Positions 35,553 through 44,916 are shown, counted from the stretch's first letter. The stretch: DNA of 64,000 bases from a virus (IMGVR_UViG_2899946620_000001:6033-70032); one strand, 5' to 3'. Notes: a model not told the origin generated them from the sequence alone. Translations and numbers: made by a program.

Positions 35553-35756
35553 TTAGCCCAAGACAAATAACTTCGTCGGCTCAGACCATTGGGTCTCGCT
35601 TTCACCTATTCCGACAACATTCTTGGAAGGCGTCGACAATGCAGTTCTGAATTTTTTTTCATCCAATGGCTGCAGAGCCACCAGTCCGCTGGGCATCATG
35701 ACCTCGGCGTCTTGATCGACCGATCTAAGGATCTCTATCAGATTCGAAACCTTCAC
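35553..35756 (-). CDS. Small hypothetical protein
   Basis: GTG start with RBS GGGAGG; (M)KVSNLIEILRSVDQDAEV. Confidence 0.6.
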   Translation of the reverse strand: MKVSNLIEILRSVDQDAEVMMPSGLVALQPLDEKKFRTALSTPSKNVVGIGESETQWSEPTKLFVLG

Positions 35757-35902
35757 CGATGGTTCCTCCCATTCAGACGGTAAATGTTCCGCCGAAACTA
35801 CACATCGCCGTCGATTAGTCCAGCAGCCATAGATCGAAAGATGTTGAGAACGTATCGGCCCCGCGCAGCGGTCGAAAGCGGCATGGCAGCGCATGTCCGG
35901 CA

Positions 35903-36718
35903 TCAGCGATGATTGCTGAACAGCCTCATGTGGAACGCCTGACACGCATGGAAGACTTTTGGGGTCCGCGGAGAGAGAGGATGAAGGGCCAGGAACTGCC
36001 ACGGCATCGTCGTGTCCCACATATCGGGGGTAAAGGGCATTCCAGCGATGGTGTATAGGAAGTAGCCGCGACTGTGGAACAATTCGAAAAACTCGTCTTG
36101 CGTGTAGCCGAATAGCTCAGCAGACGTTTGCCTGCCATTTTCGAAGACGATCACCGGGCGATCTTCCGTCATGATGCGTTCGGCCCCCTTTAGCGCATGA
36201 TATTCCGCGCCTTCAATGTCGAGCTTGATCAGCGAAACATGTCTATCGACAGCATCGTCCAAGGTCGTTGTCGTGACTTCGATTGGAATGTGCTCGCTAC
36301 CTTGCGCCCGCACGGCGAGTGACGACAGGCCGTGCTCTAAAGGATAGAAGTTGAATGTCATCACTTCTTCGGATCGATGCCAGACCGCCTTGTCTATAAA
36401 GCTGATGGTCTCACGTAGTGGATTATTCTTCTTGGCAATTTCCATCATCTGCGGCGCGGCTTCGAATGCGAAGACATGGCCGTTCAGCCCGCATGCTCGC
36501 ATCAGCGCCCGTGTATGGTCGCCTTTGTTGACGCCGCAGTCCACTGCGCAATCACCGTTCCCCAGAACTGCTGTGTAAATGGCGAATGTAATTTCCTCGA
36601 AGAGGTCGCCGAAGCGGTCCCTGTGCACGAAGTATGCGTTTATTCCAAGGGCCTCTTGGAGGTGGTGATCAGATAATTTCATGGAGCCATCTGTCCTCGG
36701 CGTGTGCTCAGCCGCCAT
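35903..36718 (-). CDS. FkbM-family methyltransferase (second, divergent copy)
   Basis: VDCGVNKG, FAFEA, LIKLDIEGAEYHALKGA, PVIVFE; alternative start 36682. Confidence 0.88.
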   Translation of the reverse strand: MAAEHTPRTDGSMKLSDHHLQEALGINAYFVHRDRFGDLFEEITFAIYTAVLGNGDCAVDCGVNKGDHTRALMRACGLNGHVFAFEAAPQMMEIAKKNNPLRETISFIDKAVWHRSEEVMTFNFYPLEHGLSSLAVRAQGSEHIPIEVTTTTLDDAVDRHVSLIKLDIEGAEYHALKGAERIMTEDRPVIVFENGRQTSAELFGYTQDEFFELFHSRGYFLYTIAGMPFTPDMWDTTMPWQFLALHPLSPRTPKVFHACQAFHMRLFSNHR

Positions 36719-36822
36719 CTGTTAGATCTTGCAAACGTCGAAACTACACAGTGCCGATGAATAGTCCAGGGTCGATCGATGGTTGAGTCCTCATATCCAC
36801 GAGTGCCAGATCAGATTTGTAA

Positions 36823-37980
36823 CTACCTGTTCGGCGAGACGACCGCTCCAATCTTGTCAAAGATCGCTCTGTAGTTTTTCTGGCAGAATGGATCTGTTAC
36901 GGGCTCGAGATGAGGGCCAAGCGGTTCAACGATAATCGTCCCTCGGCTCGCATCGATAATCTTAGCTGATTGCTCCTCGTTCGTGATGATTAGGAGGTCG
37001 AGTTTGCGTGGATTGAAACACCTGGCGAATGCTTCGTAGAGCTTTAATGCCATTTCCTCTTTGTCGGGATACGCATGTGGCTCCGCCCTGACCATCAGAA
37101 CATCGGCGCCGCGCGTGTTTTTTCTGAACCTGTTTAGAATGAACTGAGTTTTTTGCTGCACGTTCTCTATCTGTGAGGCCAGATCATCAATGATCGGGCT
37201 CGCCGAGTGGTAGCCGTCACCTGTCCCATGATCGCCTTCCCGCTTGAAGTCGTGGTGGTGCCGAATGCCGTAGTGCCGGCATCGGACGGTTTCCCGAGGA
37301 TAGGCGCCGTCCAGAATTTCGAGGTTCTCCAGCCGCATAATGTTCGCAAAATCGTCGTCAAGAACTTTGATGGCCGCATCATAGTCGGAGATCCACCAAT
37401 CGAAGGGTGTTGCCTTCGTCGTCTTGTAGTATTCGCGGATGTTGAAAGCGGGGCCGCACCACGAACCGAGGCTGGCGATCACATCGTAGGAGTTTAGTTG
37501 TGGTCCGCTATCGGCCCGTTGTGGAACTGGTAGGGGTGACGACAAGGATCGAGCTTTTTCCGCAGGCTTGGGCCGGCTGAATAGCCGCGACAGCAGGCCT
37601 TTAGGCGTTGGTTTCTCGCGAAGCCGAATCGAAGCCTTTCTTAGCCGCTCTTGCAGTTCTCGCTTTTGGCTCCGGTAGTCGGAGATCTGCTGCCGGCTTC
37701 TTTGAAGCTCGTGCGTTAGATCAGCGATCCTCTGCTCCAGCATTCTACGCGCTTCCGCGTTGAGGATGGCATCTCTGATGCTCTCCGCCCGAATTGTAGC
37801 GAGTTGTTCCGCAAGAGAATCTTGGGCTTGCCCCGAAATCTGATCGGTCAGTGTTTTGTCGCCTGTAGCGACGGGGCGGTAACATTCGTTCATCGGAGGG
37901 TAAGCTCTGGTCTCTTGTTGAGGTGCGAGGGAAATATTCATCGCGACCGCACAGTAGCGCAGAAGTGCCCGGCGCTGCAA
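36823..37980 (-). CDS. DUF1796 putative papain-like cysteine peptidase with N-terminal coiled coil
   Basis: VIASLGSWCGPAFNI, TPFDW, HHDF are DUF1796 hallmarks; start uncertain. Confidence 0.75.
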   Translation of the reverse strand: MQRRALLRYCAVAMNISLAPQQETRAYPPMNECYRPVATGDKTLTDQISGQAQDSLAEQLATIRAESIRDAILNAEARRMLEQRIADLTHELQRSRQQISDYRSQKRELQERLRKASIRLREKPTPKGLLSRLFSRPKPAEKARSLSSPLPVPQRADSGPQLNSYDVIASLGSWCGPAFNIREYYKTTKATPFDWWISDYDAAIKVLDDDFANIMRLENLEILDGAYPRETVRCRHYGIRHHHDFKREGDHGTGDGYHSASPIIDDLASQIENVQQKTQFILNRFRKNTRGADVLMVRAEPHAYPDKEEMALKLYEAFARCFNPRKLDLLIITNEEQSAKIIDASRGTIIVEPLGPHLEPVTDPFCQKNYRAIFDKIGAVVSPNR

Positions 37981-38139
37981 CCCAATGCGTGTGTACTAAT
38001 GGGCTACTCAACTTCCAGCTAAAATACCATTGGCTACTTTCGCAATTAAATAGAAGCCAATCGAGAAATGAAACCCCGCTTTGGGGTGGGTTTTTTATTG
38101 CCCTAGGGCAGACACATCCTCCCAAACAGCAAGGTGACA

Positions 38140-38200
38140 ATGGCTCGGGAAACTCTTCCCGTCGCCCTCGAACTCTTGTTCGGGGGATGAGGGCGGCTTT
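38140..38200 (+). pseudogene. 5' remnant of a GH108-type endolysin
   Basis: MARETLPVALELLFG, then an extra G in a G run; the shifted frame reads DEGGF (GH108 EGG[YF] motif) and homology stops there. Confidence 0.55.
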
Positions 38201-38369
38201 GCGCTTGCCTGTGTCAGACGAACTCCGGGCGAGGCCCGGTCGCAGGAGGCAGGCGCCAGGCCTCTAACCGCCCCGTCGCTGCGAGACGGCAGGACGGCTG
38301 CGCGGCGTTACCACAATGCGCCGTCAGTCTCCATTCGCCCATTCGGGCGAAGCAAACTCTCAATCATTC

Positions 38370-38416
38370 CAATCAGGAGAAACCGATGAGTGCCATCACC
38401 GCTCAGCGTTGTTCGC
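38370..38416 (+). pseudogene. Duplicate 5' end (RBS plus first codons) of the GH19 endolysin
   Basis: caatcaggagaaaccgATGagtgccatcaccgctcagc vs caatcaggagacttcaATGagcgctatcaccgctcagc at 39762-39799 (both encode MSAITAQ). Confidence 0.75.
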
Positions 38417-38661
38417 CTGGCGGTCGGCGGTGTGGACCTATTCCACGGTCGAGCTGGCGAACGTGACGGCCGGGTAGCGCGCGCAGCCGAGGGTCGAAGA
38501 GTTCATCGCGGAGCTGCCGGTGTTTCACTGGCCGAGCGTTTGAGACGACCGGTATCGGGAAAGGCACTGACGCGCGCAAGAGTTGATCATCACGGTACCG
38601 TTGCGTAACCAGAGCTAATCTACGAAGGTCGTTCAAGTCCGATTCACGACGCGAGGTATGA

Positions 38662-39552
38662 ATGGCCGACCAGAAATTGAGAAAGAGGGTTGAGCGCCTT
38701 CTCTCCGGCGACATTCGCCCGCAAGATCTTATGACCCTCTTCCTTTTCGCCCGCGATCACTGCGATGGTCGCGAGGTCGTAGCGGACATCGGCCACTTTA
38801 CTGCACACCACCTTGATCGCGATCGTGGCGTAACGGTTCGGTCTGCGCGGGAATGGTGCCTCCAAATGCGGTTTCACATGCCTCTCTTCGAAAAACAATC
38901 GGGGAGCGAGCCAAGAAATGTGGATGGCAACAGTTTACCGCCAGCGACGAGGGATTATCTGAAGGTCGCGGCGAACCGCATCGGCCACACCGCTTTCGAG
39001 AAACGAGCAGGGCTGTCGTTGAAGGCTGCCCATAAAACTCTCTGCTCACTGGCTGACCGCCTCGTCCCAAATCCCGACAACACATGGCAGATGCCGCCCG
39101 ATTGGACTGACAAGGAATTCGCGGTTCTTAAGTGCGTGGTCTCGCTTATTGTTTCGAAACCTGCCTTCGAGCCCAAAGTCTTGACCGAAGGGTTTCTCGA
39201 TACGCTAAAGAGCTACGGCCTGCTGACTAGGGAAGAAGTTCGCCAACACCGGAATACGCTGTCCCATTTGATCCAGCTCTTCGCTATCTCTGTCATGCAC
39301 AGAACCAAGGTGATCATGGAGGATGGTGACGTGCTGCCGATCAATGCGTACGTCAACGCAGAGGAAAGGCAGATCCAATTGCTATGCGCTGTGAACGTTC
39401 CACTTCGCGGCAAGAATATTGCGGTGTCTGCGCCTATTTTTGTCGCTGACTTAGATGCGTTTGAACACTGCCACCCAGACCTCCTAGAGGGCGATGGCGA
39501 GATCAAAGGTGACTTAGAGATTTCCTCCGAGGGTGAATTGGTGCCCCTCTAG
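38662..39552 (+). CDS. Uncharacterised cytoplasmic moron protein
   Basis: 296 aa, no TM helix, RBS GAGG, AT-richer; inserted upstream of the endolysin. Confidence 0.75.
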   Translation: MADQKLRKRVERLLSGDIRPQDLMTLFLFARDHCDGREVVADIGHFTAHHLDRDRGVTVRSAREWCLQMRFHMPLFEKQSGSEPRNVDGNSLPPATRDYLKVAANRIGHTAFEKRAGLSLKAAHKTLCSLADRLVPNPDNTWQMPPDWTDKEFAVLKCVVSLIVSKPAFEPKVLTEGFLDTLKSYGLLTREEVRQHRNTLSHLIQLFAISVMHRTKVIMEDGDVLPINAYVNAEERQIQLLCAVNVPLRGKNIAVSAPIFVADLDAFEHCHPDLLEGDGEIKGDLEISSEGELVPL

Positions 39553-39777
39553 TAGCAGCGTTCCGGCGCTTTTCGCTTCGCTATCGTCCATGCTCAAGTC
39601 CGTTTCCATCGATCCAACGTAAAGCCCGTGAGGGTCTGCGCCCAATGACGAGCTTCCTGGCCGCATTGTAAAGGCGCACGCGACCAATGCCAGTTTAAGC
39701 CGGACCACCGCCCGTCGCCATTAAACAGCGTGGCTTAGCCCCCCCGACCTTTCACCAATGACAATCAGGAGACTTCA

Positions 39778-40746
39778 ATGAGCGCTATCACCGCTCAGCA
39801 CGTTCGCGCTGCCGCAAAGGGCAAGGTGAACGAGAGCAACCTCGCGTCCGTGCTTCTGGCGCTGGACAGGCACGGCGACCGCTTCGGTATGGATCGGCCG
39901 CACCGGCTCGCCCAGTATTTCGCCCAGCTCATGCATGAGAGCGGCGACTTCCGCTACGATCGCGAGATCTGGGGCCCGACGCCGGCGCAGCAGCGCTATG
40001 ATACCAGAACCGATCTCGGCAACACGCCCGAGAAGGATGGCGACGGCTATCTCTACCGCGGCCGAACCGGAATGCAGCTGACCGGCAAGCACAACTATCG
40101 CCAGTTCCGAGACTGGTGCCGCGCCGCTGGCCTCGACTGCCCGGACTTCGTCAAGGATCCGGACGCGGTCAATTCCGATCCCTGGGAAGGCCTGGTGCCT
40201 CTGTTCTACTGGGATACGCGCGACCTAAACCGCTGGGCCGATGAGGGCGACGCGGAGACCATCACGAAGAAGATCAACGGCGGCAAGAACGGCTTGGCCG
40301 ACCGCTTCGACCGGCTCGCCCGCATCTCGCTCGTTCTCCTTGGCTACCGCGGAGACAACGTCCTGCAGTTTCAGGCCGACCAGCGTCTTCAGGTCGACGG
40401 TGACGTCGGACCGAAAACACGCGCCGCGATGCATACGGCGCTTGTGGCGCTCACCCCGGGCGAAGCGGCACGGCCGGAGGTAAAGGCGGCGCCGGTGACC
40501 GAGGAGAAGCCAGTCCCGGTTCCTGTCACGCCGCCCAGCCTCGATGCTCCTTGGTGGAAGTCGAAAGAGGTGATCACGCCGTCTGTCATCGGCGGCGGCG
40601 CTTCGCTGCTCACCGCGATCGGCGGGATACCTTGGCAAAACCTCCTCCTGATCCTCGTCGCGTTCGGAGCAATCGCCGGCTTCCTCTATTGGAGGAAGAG
40701 CGCCGATCGGCAGGCGGTGGCGAAACAAGTCGAGGGGATGGCGTGA
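39778..40746 (+). CDS. GH19 chitinase-like endolysin with PG-binding motif and C-terminal membrane segments
   Basis: AQLMHESG, YRGRTGMQLTG, TKKINGG.NGLADR, LQVDGDVGPKT, hydrophobic C-terminus. Confidence 0.9.
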   Translation: MSAITAQHVRAAAKGKVNESNLASVLLALDRHGDRFGMDRPHRLAQYFAQLMHESGDFRYDREIWGPTPAQQRYDTRTDLGNTPEKDGDGYLYRGRTGMQLTGKHNYRQFRDWCRAAGLDCPDFVKDPDAVNSDPWEGLVPLFYWDTRDLNRWADEGDAETITKKINGGKNGLADRFDRLARISLVLLGYRGDNVLQFQADQRLQVDGDVGPKTRAAMHTALVALTPGEAARPEVKAAPVTEEKPVPVPVTPPSLDAPWWKSKEVITPSVIGGGASLLTAIGGIPWQNLLLILVAFGAIAGFLYWRKSADRQAVAKQVEGMA

Positions 40747-41030
40747 TGTTCAGCCGCCTCTCTCTGGCCGCCGGCGCCGTTGCCGGCGGCGTCCTCGTCT
40801 TTTTCGGCATGCAGATGGTCAACGCGCTCTGGATCATCCCTGCGGCGAAGGAGGAGGGCCGGAAGCTCGAACGCGCCGAACTGGATTCCGCAACCAACAA
40901 AGCAATCGGAGAACTGCGAGATGAAGCTGATCGCGCTCGCTTTAACCGTCGCCTGTGCATTGAGCGCGGCCGGCTGTACGTCAACGCATCAGGTCTCTGC
41001 GTCGAAAGACCGCCTCAACCAGGCGGCTAG
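40746..41030 (+). CDS. i-spanin (Rz-like)
   Basis: N-terminal TM helix, coiled coil, terminal Cys pair; overlaps a lipoprotein gene. Confidence 0.7.
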   Translation: MFSRLSLAAGAVAGGVLVFFGMQMVNALWIIPAAKEEGRKLERAELDSATNKAIGELRDEADRARFNRRLCIERGRLYVNASGLCVERPPQPGG

Positions 41031-41175
41031 GGCAGTCGTGGGAACGTCCCTGATCGGCGCCCGAGGCGCAACGCCGGCCGATCAGGACAAGATCGACGAA
41101 ACAGTCGCGGGGCTATGCGGCGCCCGCGCCTGGAGCCAGAGCGAATGCGCCCGCCACGACGCGGCGCAGCAGTAA
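40921..41175 (+). CDS. o-spanin lipoprotein (Rz1-like)
   Basis: MKLIALALTVACALSAAGC lipobox; overlaps the i-spanin in another frame. Confidence 0.7.
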   Translation: MKLIALALTVACALSAAGCTSTHQVSASKDRLNQAARAVVGTSLIGARGATPADQDKIDETVAGLCGARAWSQSECARHDAAQQ

Positions 41176-41207
41176 CCATCCAGCGTTGCATTTCGAGGGG
41201 CAGGGCA

Positions 41208-41600
41208 TTGGCTGAAACACAGGAAACCGAAAAGATGGTCGCAACTCCGAAATGGAGGTTTGAATATAACCTCAACACCCTGGTGATCCTGTTCGGCTTT
41301 GCCGGCGGCCTCATAGCGTGGGGCGCGACTTGGGAGAGGGTGAACGCCAACCAGGATTCGCAGGCCAATTCCATCGATCGCCTCGACAAGCGCCTGACGG
41401 CTGCCGAAGTCTCCCTCCGGCAGATCGACAATCACGAACTCCGGATCTCGGCGGTGGAGAAGCAGGCTGCCGAAGCGGCGACGTCAATGAAGGCCGTCGA
41501 GAACACGCTCAACAGCCTTTCCATCGATACGCGTGTGATGCGCGAGATCCTGCAGAGGATCGAGGCCAGCCAGCGCGACGGCGCGCAGTTGCGGCGCTGA
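41208..41600 (+). CDS. Membrane coiled-coil protein of the lysis cassette
   Basis: TTG start after GAGGGG; one TM helix then a coiled coil. Confidence 0.7.
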   Translation: MAETQETEKMVATPKWRFEYNLNTLVILFGFAGGLIAWGATWERVNANQDSQANSIDRLDKRLTAAEVSLRQIDNHELRISAVEKQAAEAATSMKAVENTLNSLSIDTRVMREILQRIEASQRDGAQLRR

Positions 41601-41653
41601 CGTTGTATAATCATGCAATTGCGCGATGCGCGTTGACCTGATCTGATCTTCGC

Positions 41654-41852
41654 ATGAGCACGAAACTAAGACTTGAAGCTTAAGCCATACCTCCTCGCCG
41701 AGCTTGACCAGCGCGGATATGAGGTGGTCGAAGATATGCAGCACCTGTCCGCAGTCGAGATGCTGCGGATACCCGGGATGGGTGGACGCGACTATCGGGA
41801 AATCGCCAAGGCCTTGGGGCGAGAGCCATTCCCTGATCAGAAGAGACGTTGA
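41654..41852 (+). pseudogene. RNA polymerase alpha-CTD-like HhH protein, frameshifted near the start
   Basis: ATG frame stops after 9 codons; the frame from TTG 41673 reads LKLKPYLLAELDQRGYEVVEDMQHLSAVEMLRIPGMGGRDYREIAKALG. Confidence 0.6.
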
Positions 41853-41880
41853 GCGCGCGAAAGCCGCTGGTTCGACGCTT

Positions 41881-42120
41881 TCATATCTCTGCGAACTCGG
41901 GCGGCCTCCGCCGTTCAGGAAGGCCGGCCGTGAAGTTGATGTACGGCACAGGGGCGCGGCTGTAGCTGGTGAACGACCATGTTCCCGGCCTCAGTTCAAT
42001 GTCAAACCCACATTGCGCAGCTCGCTTAATGGCCGCGTTGAAGGTGTGCATAGCCTCCGTCAGTTGGCGCTCTGCCTCCTGCTCTTCGGCGGTCTTCGGG
42101 AACAGATAGATCTCGGCCAT
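41881..42120 (-). CDS. Hypothetical protein
   Basis: 79 aa from MAEIYLFPK. Confidence 0.6.
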   Translation of the reverse strand: MAEIYLFPKTAEEQEAERQLTEAMHTFNAAIKRAAQCGFDIELRPGTWSFTSYSRAPVPYINFTAGLPERRRPPEFAEI

Positions 42121-42311
42121 TTGCTCGGTTCCTTGCAAGTTTTTCCGGGTGCGAGCTTGATCCCATTTCCGCTGAGAGTACAATATCCGGAGCGACGTTC
42201 GAAGCGGTTCCCTTGGATGGAACAGGGCGAGAGCCCGACCCGGAGGAAGGTTAACGTCGCGATCGGAGCTGCAGCGGATCAGCCTCCAAATTCACTGCAG
42301 CTCTGTTTATG

Positions 42312-42551
42312 TCAGGCCATCTCTCGATCCCGAGGAGCGGGGCTGCCGCCGTCGTCGTCCCCGCCATCATCGTCCGGCCACCAGCCCTTCCAATCGTCTC
42401 CCAGCGCTTCCTTCGCCTGGCGGCCGTCCAGACGGGCGATAAGCGCCTGGAGCAGCTCGTGCTCCGAAATGCCGCTTTCGTCGGGCAGGTATTCGGCGAT
42501 GTCTTTCTGGCAATCCCAGATCAGCTGCTTCATCTTCAGCGCGTCGGCCAT
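42312..42551 (-). CDS. Hypothetical acidic protein
   Basis: 79 aa, RBS GAGG. Confidence 0.65.
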   Translation of the reverse strand: MADALKMKQLIWDCQKDIAEYLPDESGISEHELLQALIARLDGRQAKEALGDDWKGWWPDDDGGDDDGGSPAPRDREMA

Positions 42552-42777
42552 GATGTGCCTCTGTTTTCAGCGACTAAATAAGAGTGCCCGCGCCAGGTGC
42601 GGCCGCGGGCACTTCCTAACAGGTTGGGGGAGCTGAATGCCGAATTGTTCGGCACCACAATAATTCCTCGGCAATGCCAACCGAAAATGTCGAAAATTCT
42701 TGCCTAATCGCTTTCGTTGCTGCGGTACAGGATTTCAACTATATTTCAAGAGGGGTTGTGGTGAGCGGGTTGGGGCA

Positions 42778-43719
42778 ATGCAGGTTCGATTCCTTAGAAA
42801 ATTAGCTTTTATAATCGCGCCTGCCGTTCTGAGCATTATCGTCTCTGTGTATCTGGTTCATTCCACGATCAGGTCAAGCCAACTCGAAGAAGAATTGAAG
42901 ATCGCAAGACTGTCTCTCGAAATTGACCGAGAGCATGAAAATGTCCTTAGGCGGATGAGGGAGTTTCAAGCAAGAAACCCATCGGAAGTCATGATGGTTG
43001 CTTCAGGAGACGACAGAGTTTTGCTGTCAGTTCCGACCCAATTGATTTCTCAATCTCTTTTGTTGTCTGGCATTCCAACAATGAATGGGGAAGGAGAGGA
43101 CACCGCGCTCCGGCAGATGCGGAGTTTGGGCGAGACGATTCAATCCCTTCCAGACGGAAAAGTCGCTTTGAATGCGCCGACGCAAATGACAGTTGGTGAA
43201 CCAAGGGAGATAAGTGCCGTCGTAGGAGTCGGCGTGCCCACGGAGGAGCTTGCCGAAGTTTTTCGAAAGGGGGACCAGCATTTTTCGGCAGATGCAAAGG
43301 TATCCCATAAAATGGTGGCGCGTTTGACAGGTGCCAATTTCAAAGTCGAAGAATATACCACGGGTCAGCAATTGATCGCTCTCGGGAATCCGACCATGTG
43401 GAAATGGAGGGTGACCGCTTCGTTAGAGGGTACCCAGACGCTGACCGCGATGCTTTACGCTGTGGTGACGAATGGAAAGGACGATGTCGAGGTCCTGATC
43501 GATACCTACGACCAAGAAATCACCGTCGAAGTCAAGCCCATGACCTGGATGGAGACGTTTTCGGCGATAAAGAACAGCGTGAAGGAGGCGTGGGAGATTT
43601 GGCTTGCTGTCGGTGGTCTGGTTTCTGTGGTGGTGGTATCAACTCGTAGCCGACTCAAGAAGCTGTTTGGTTGGCCCGAGCGGGCGCCTAGCAGCGAGCC
43701 CCGACCGGGACAATCTTGA
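42778..43719 (+). CDS. Two-TM membrane protein with a large beta-rich extracytoplasmic domain (moron)
   Basis: N- and C-terminal TM helices; ALNAPTQMTVGE...WKWRVTASLEGTQTL domain; AT-richer. Confidence 0.75.
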   Translation: MQVRFLRKLAFIIAPAVLSIIVSVYLVHSTIRSSQLEEELKIARLSLEIDREHENVLRRMREFQARNPSEVMMVASGDDRVLLSVPTQLISQSLLLSGIPTMNGEGEDTALRQMRSLGETIQSLPDGKVALNAPTQMTVGEPREISAVVGVGVPTEELAEVFRKGDQHFSADAKVSHKMVARLTGANFKVEEYTTGQQLIALGNPTMWKWRVTASLEGTQTLTAMLYAVVTNGKDDVEVLIDTYDQEITVEVKPMTWMETFSAIKNSVKEAWEIWLAVGGLVSVVVVSTRSRLKKLFGWPERAPSSEPRPGQS

Positions 43720-43747
43720 GACCATACCTCCGAAGAAACTGAGGGTG

Positions 43748-43897
43748 TTAAAAGCAGAAGTCCCGCGTGAGGAGGCTCTTAATTTCCTCCAGATCGATCT
43801 GAAGTCGGGCATTTTCGTATCTCTTATTACTTTGAGGAAGAAGAAGACGATCGCCCCGGTAGAACCCGCAAGGCCGAGGACGCGACAAGGATTTCAC
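43748..43897 (-). CDS. Possible small hypothetical protein
   Basis: GTG start overlaps the TGA of the upstream pseudogene. Confidence 0.35.
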   Translation of the reverse strand: MKSLSRPRPCGFYRGDRLLLPQSNKRYENARLQIDLEEIKSLLTRDFCF

Positions 43898-44192
43898 GGA
43901 TGTACGGAACGGAGGCCACGGCGATGATGAAGCCTGCCGAGCCGCCAACCATTGTTGCTCTTGTTTCCGCAGCGCGAACGTCGGAGCTTCGACTGCAGCT
44001 CGTCAGGGGTGCTCTGGCTGCCGAACCTCGATGCGATCGCCCAGCGGTTCACCCAATTGCGAAAGTCACACGCGGCGCAGCGCGCGCCAATATCTGATCC
44101 TCACCGAGATCGGCAAGCCGCAGCTCCCCGATACCGTCCGGATAGCTCCCGCGGGTGTCAGGTTCCAGGTCAATGCCGCGACTGTGCCTCAT
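43894..44192 (-). pseudogene. Frameshifted CxxC Zn-binding protein
   Basis: MRHSRGID...DQIL; restoring one G near 44086 gives GARCAACDFRNWVNRW...KLRRSRCGNK to TGA at 43894. Confidence 0.55.
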
Positions 44193-44355
44193 GGCGCGAC
44201 TTCCATTCCGGCTTATGCTCTGAGCAGAACCAGTTCGGTTCCGCCCGACCGACGGCGAAGCCGAAGCTGCCCCATGTGGTGCAGCCCGGGTGTTCGCAGT
44301 AGTGGACATAGGGTCCGGTCTCGTAGTGGGGCTTGGCGCCCAGTTCGTCACTCAT
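44170..44355 (-). CDS. Small Cys/His-rich protein
   Basis: [11 protein letters not shown]...[14 protein letters not shown]....WFCSEH; RBS GAGGAGG. Confidence 0.7.
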   Translation of the reverse strand: MSDELGAKPHYETGPYVHYCEHPGCTTWGSFGFAVGRAEPNWFCSEHKPEWKSRHEAQSRH

Positions 44356-44851
44356 CCGGATCGCCTCCTCGTCCTTCAGAGCTATGGCGGCTCGTTTGGG
44401 CTTCAAGGTTTGGGCGCCCTCGGCCGGCGCCAAACTGCTGCTCGAATGCCTTTTCCCAATTCGGATGACAGGAGGTGCTTACGTGCTTCAGCGGCTCGAA
44501 ATGGTATCGCGCCAGCAGTGCCGCCGATATTATCCGCGCCATTTCCTTGCGCGCACGTTCTGCCTTCAGCCGATCGCGATCGCAGGCGGCCCGCCGCAGT
44601 TCGAGCGGGATCGAGTAGAGCGTCTGGGTAACGAAAGGCGCGATCGCCGGAGATCGCAGCACCGTCTCGACGTCGAATATCGCAAAGGCACCGAAGGATT
44701 CGGCAATTCCCTTGGCAAGTTCCTGGACGCCGCGCACCTCGACGGGACGGCGATATTGGTCAAGGCCGGCATAGGCCCGTTTCTGGTGAGGTGGCAATAC
44801 AGTGAGATCGACTGCGATCGCGCTTTCGATTTCATCTTCGAGTGTTCGCAT
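44348..44851 (-). CDS. Hypothetical protein, divergent from the ligase
   Basis: Start reset to [10 protein letters not shown]; 167 aa. Confidence 0.7.
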   Translation of the reverse strand: MRTLEDEIESAIAVDLTVLPPHQKRAYAGLDQYRRPVEVRGVQELAKGIAESFGAFAIFDVETVLRSPAIAPFVTQTLYSIPLELRRAACDRDRLKAERARKEMARIISAALLARYHFEPLKHVSTSCHPNWEKAFEQQFGAGRGRPNLEAQTSRHSSEGRGGDPDE

Positions 44852-44916
44852 TGTGCGCGCCTTTCCGTTTGGTTCGCCCCTGATTGATGGAATGGCGCGC
44901 CGCATCGCCGTTGAAT

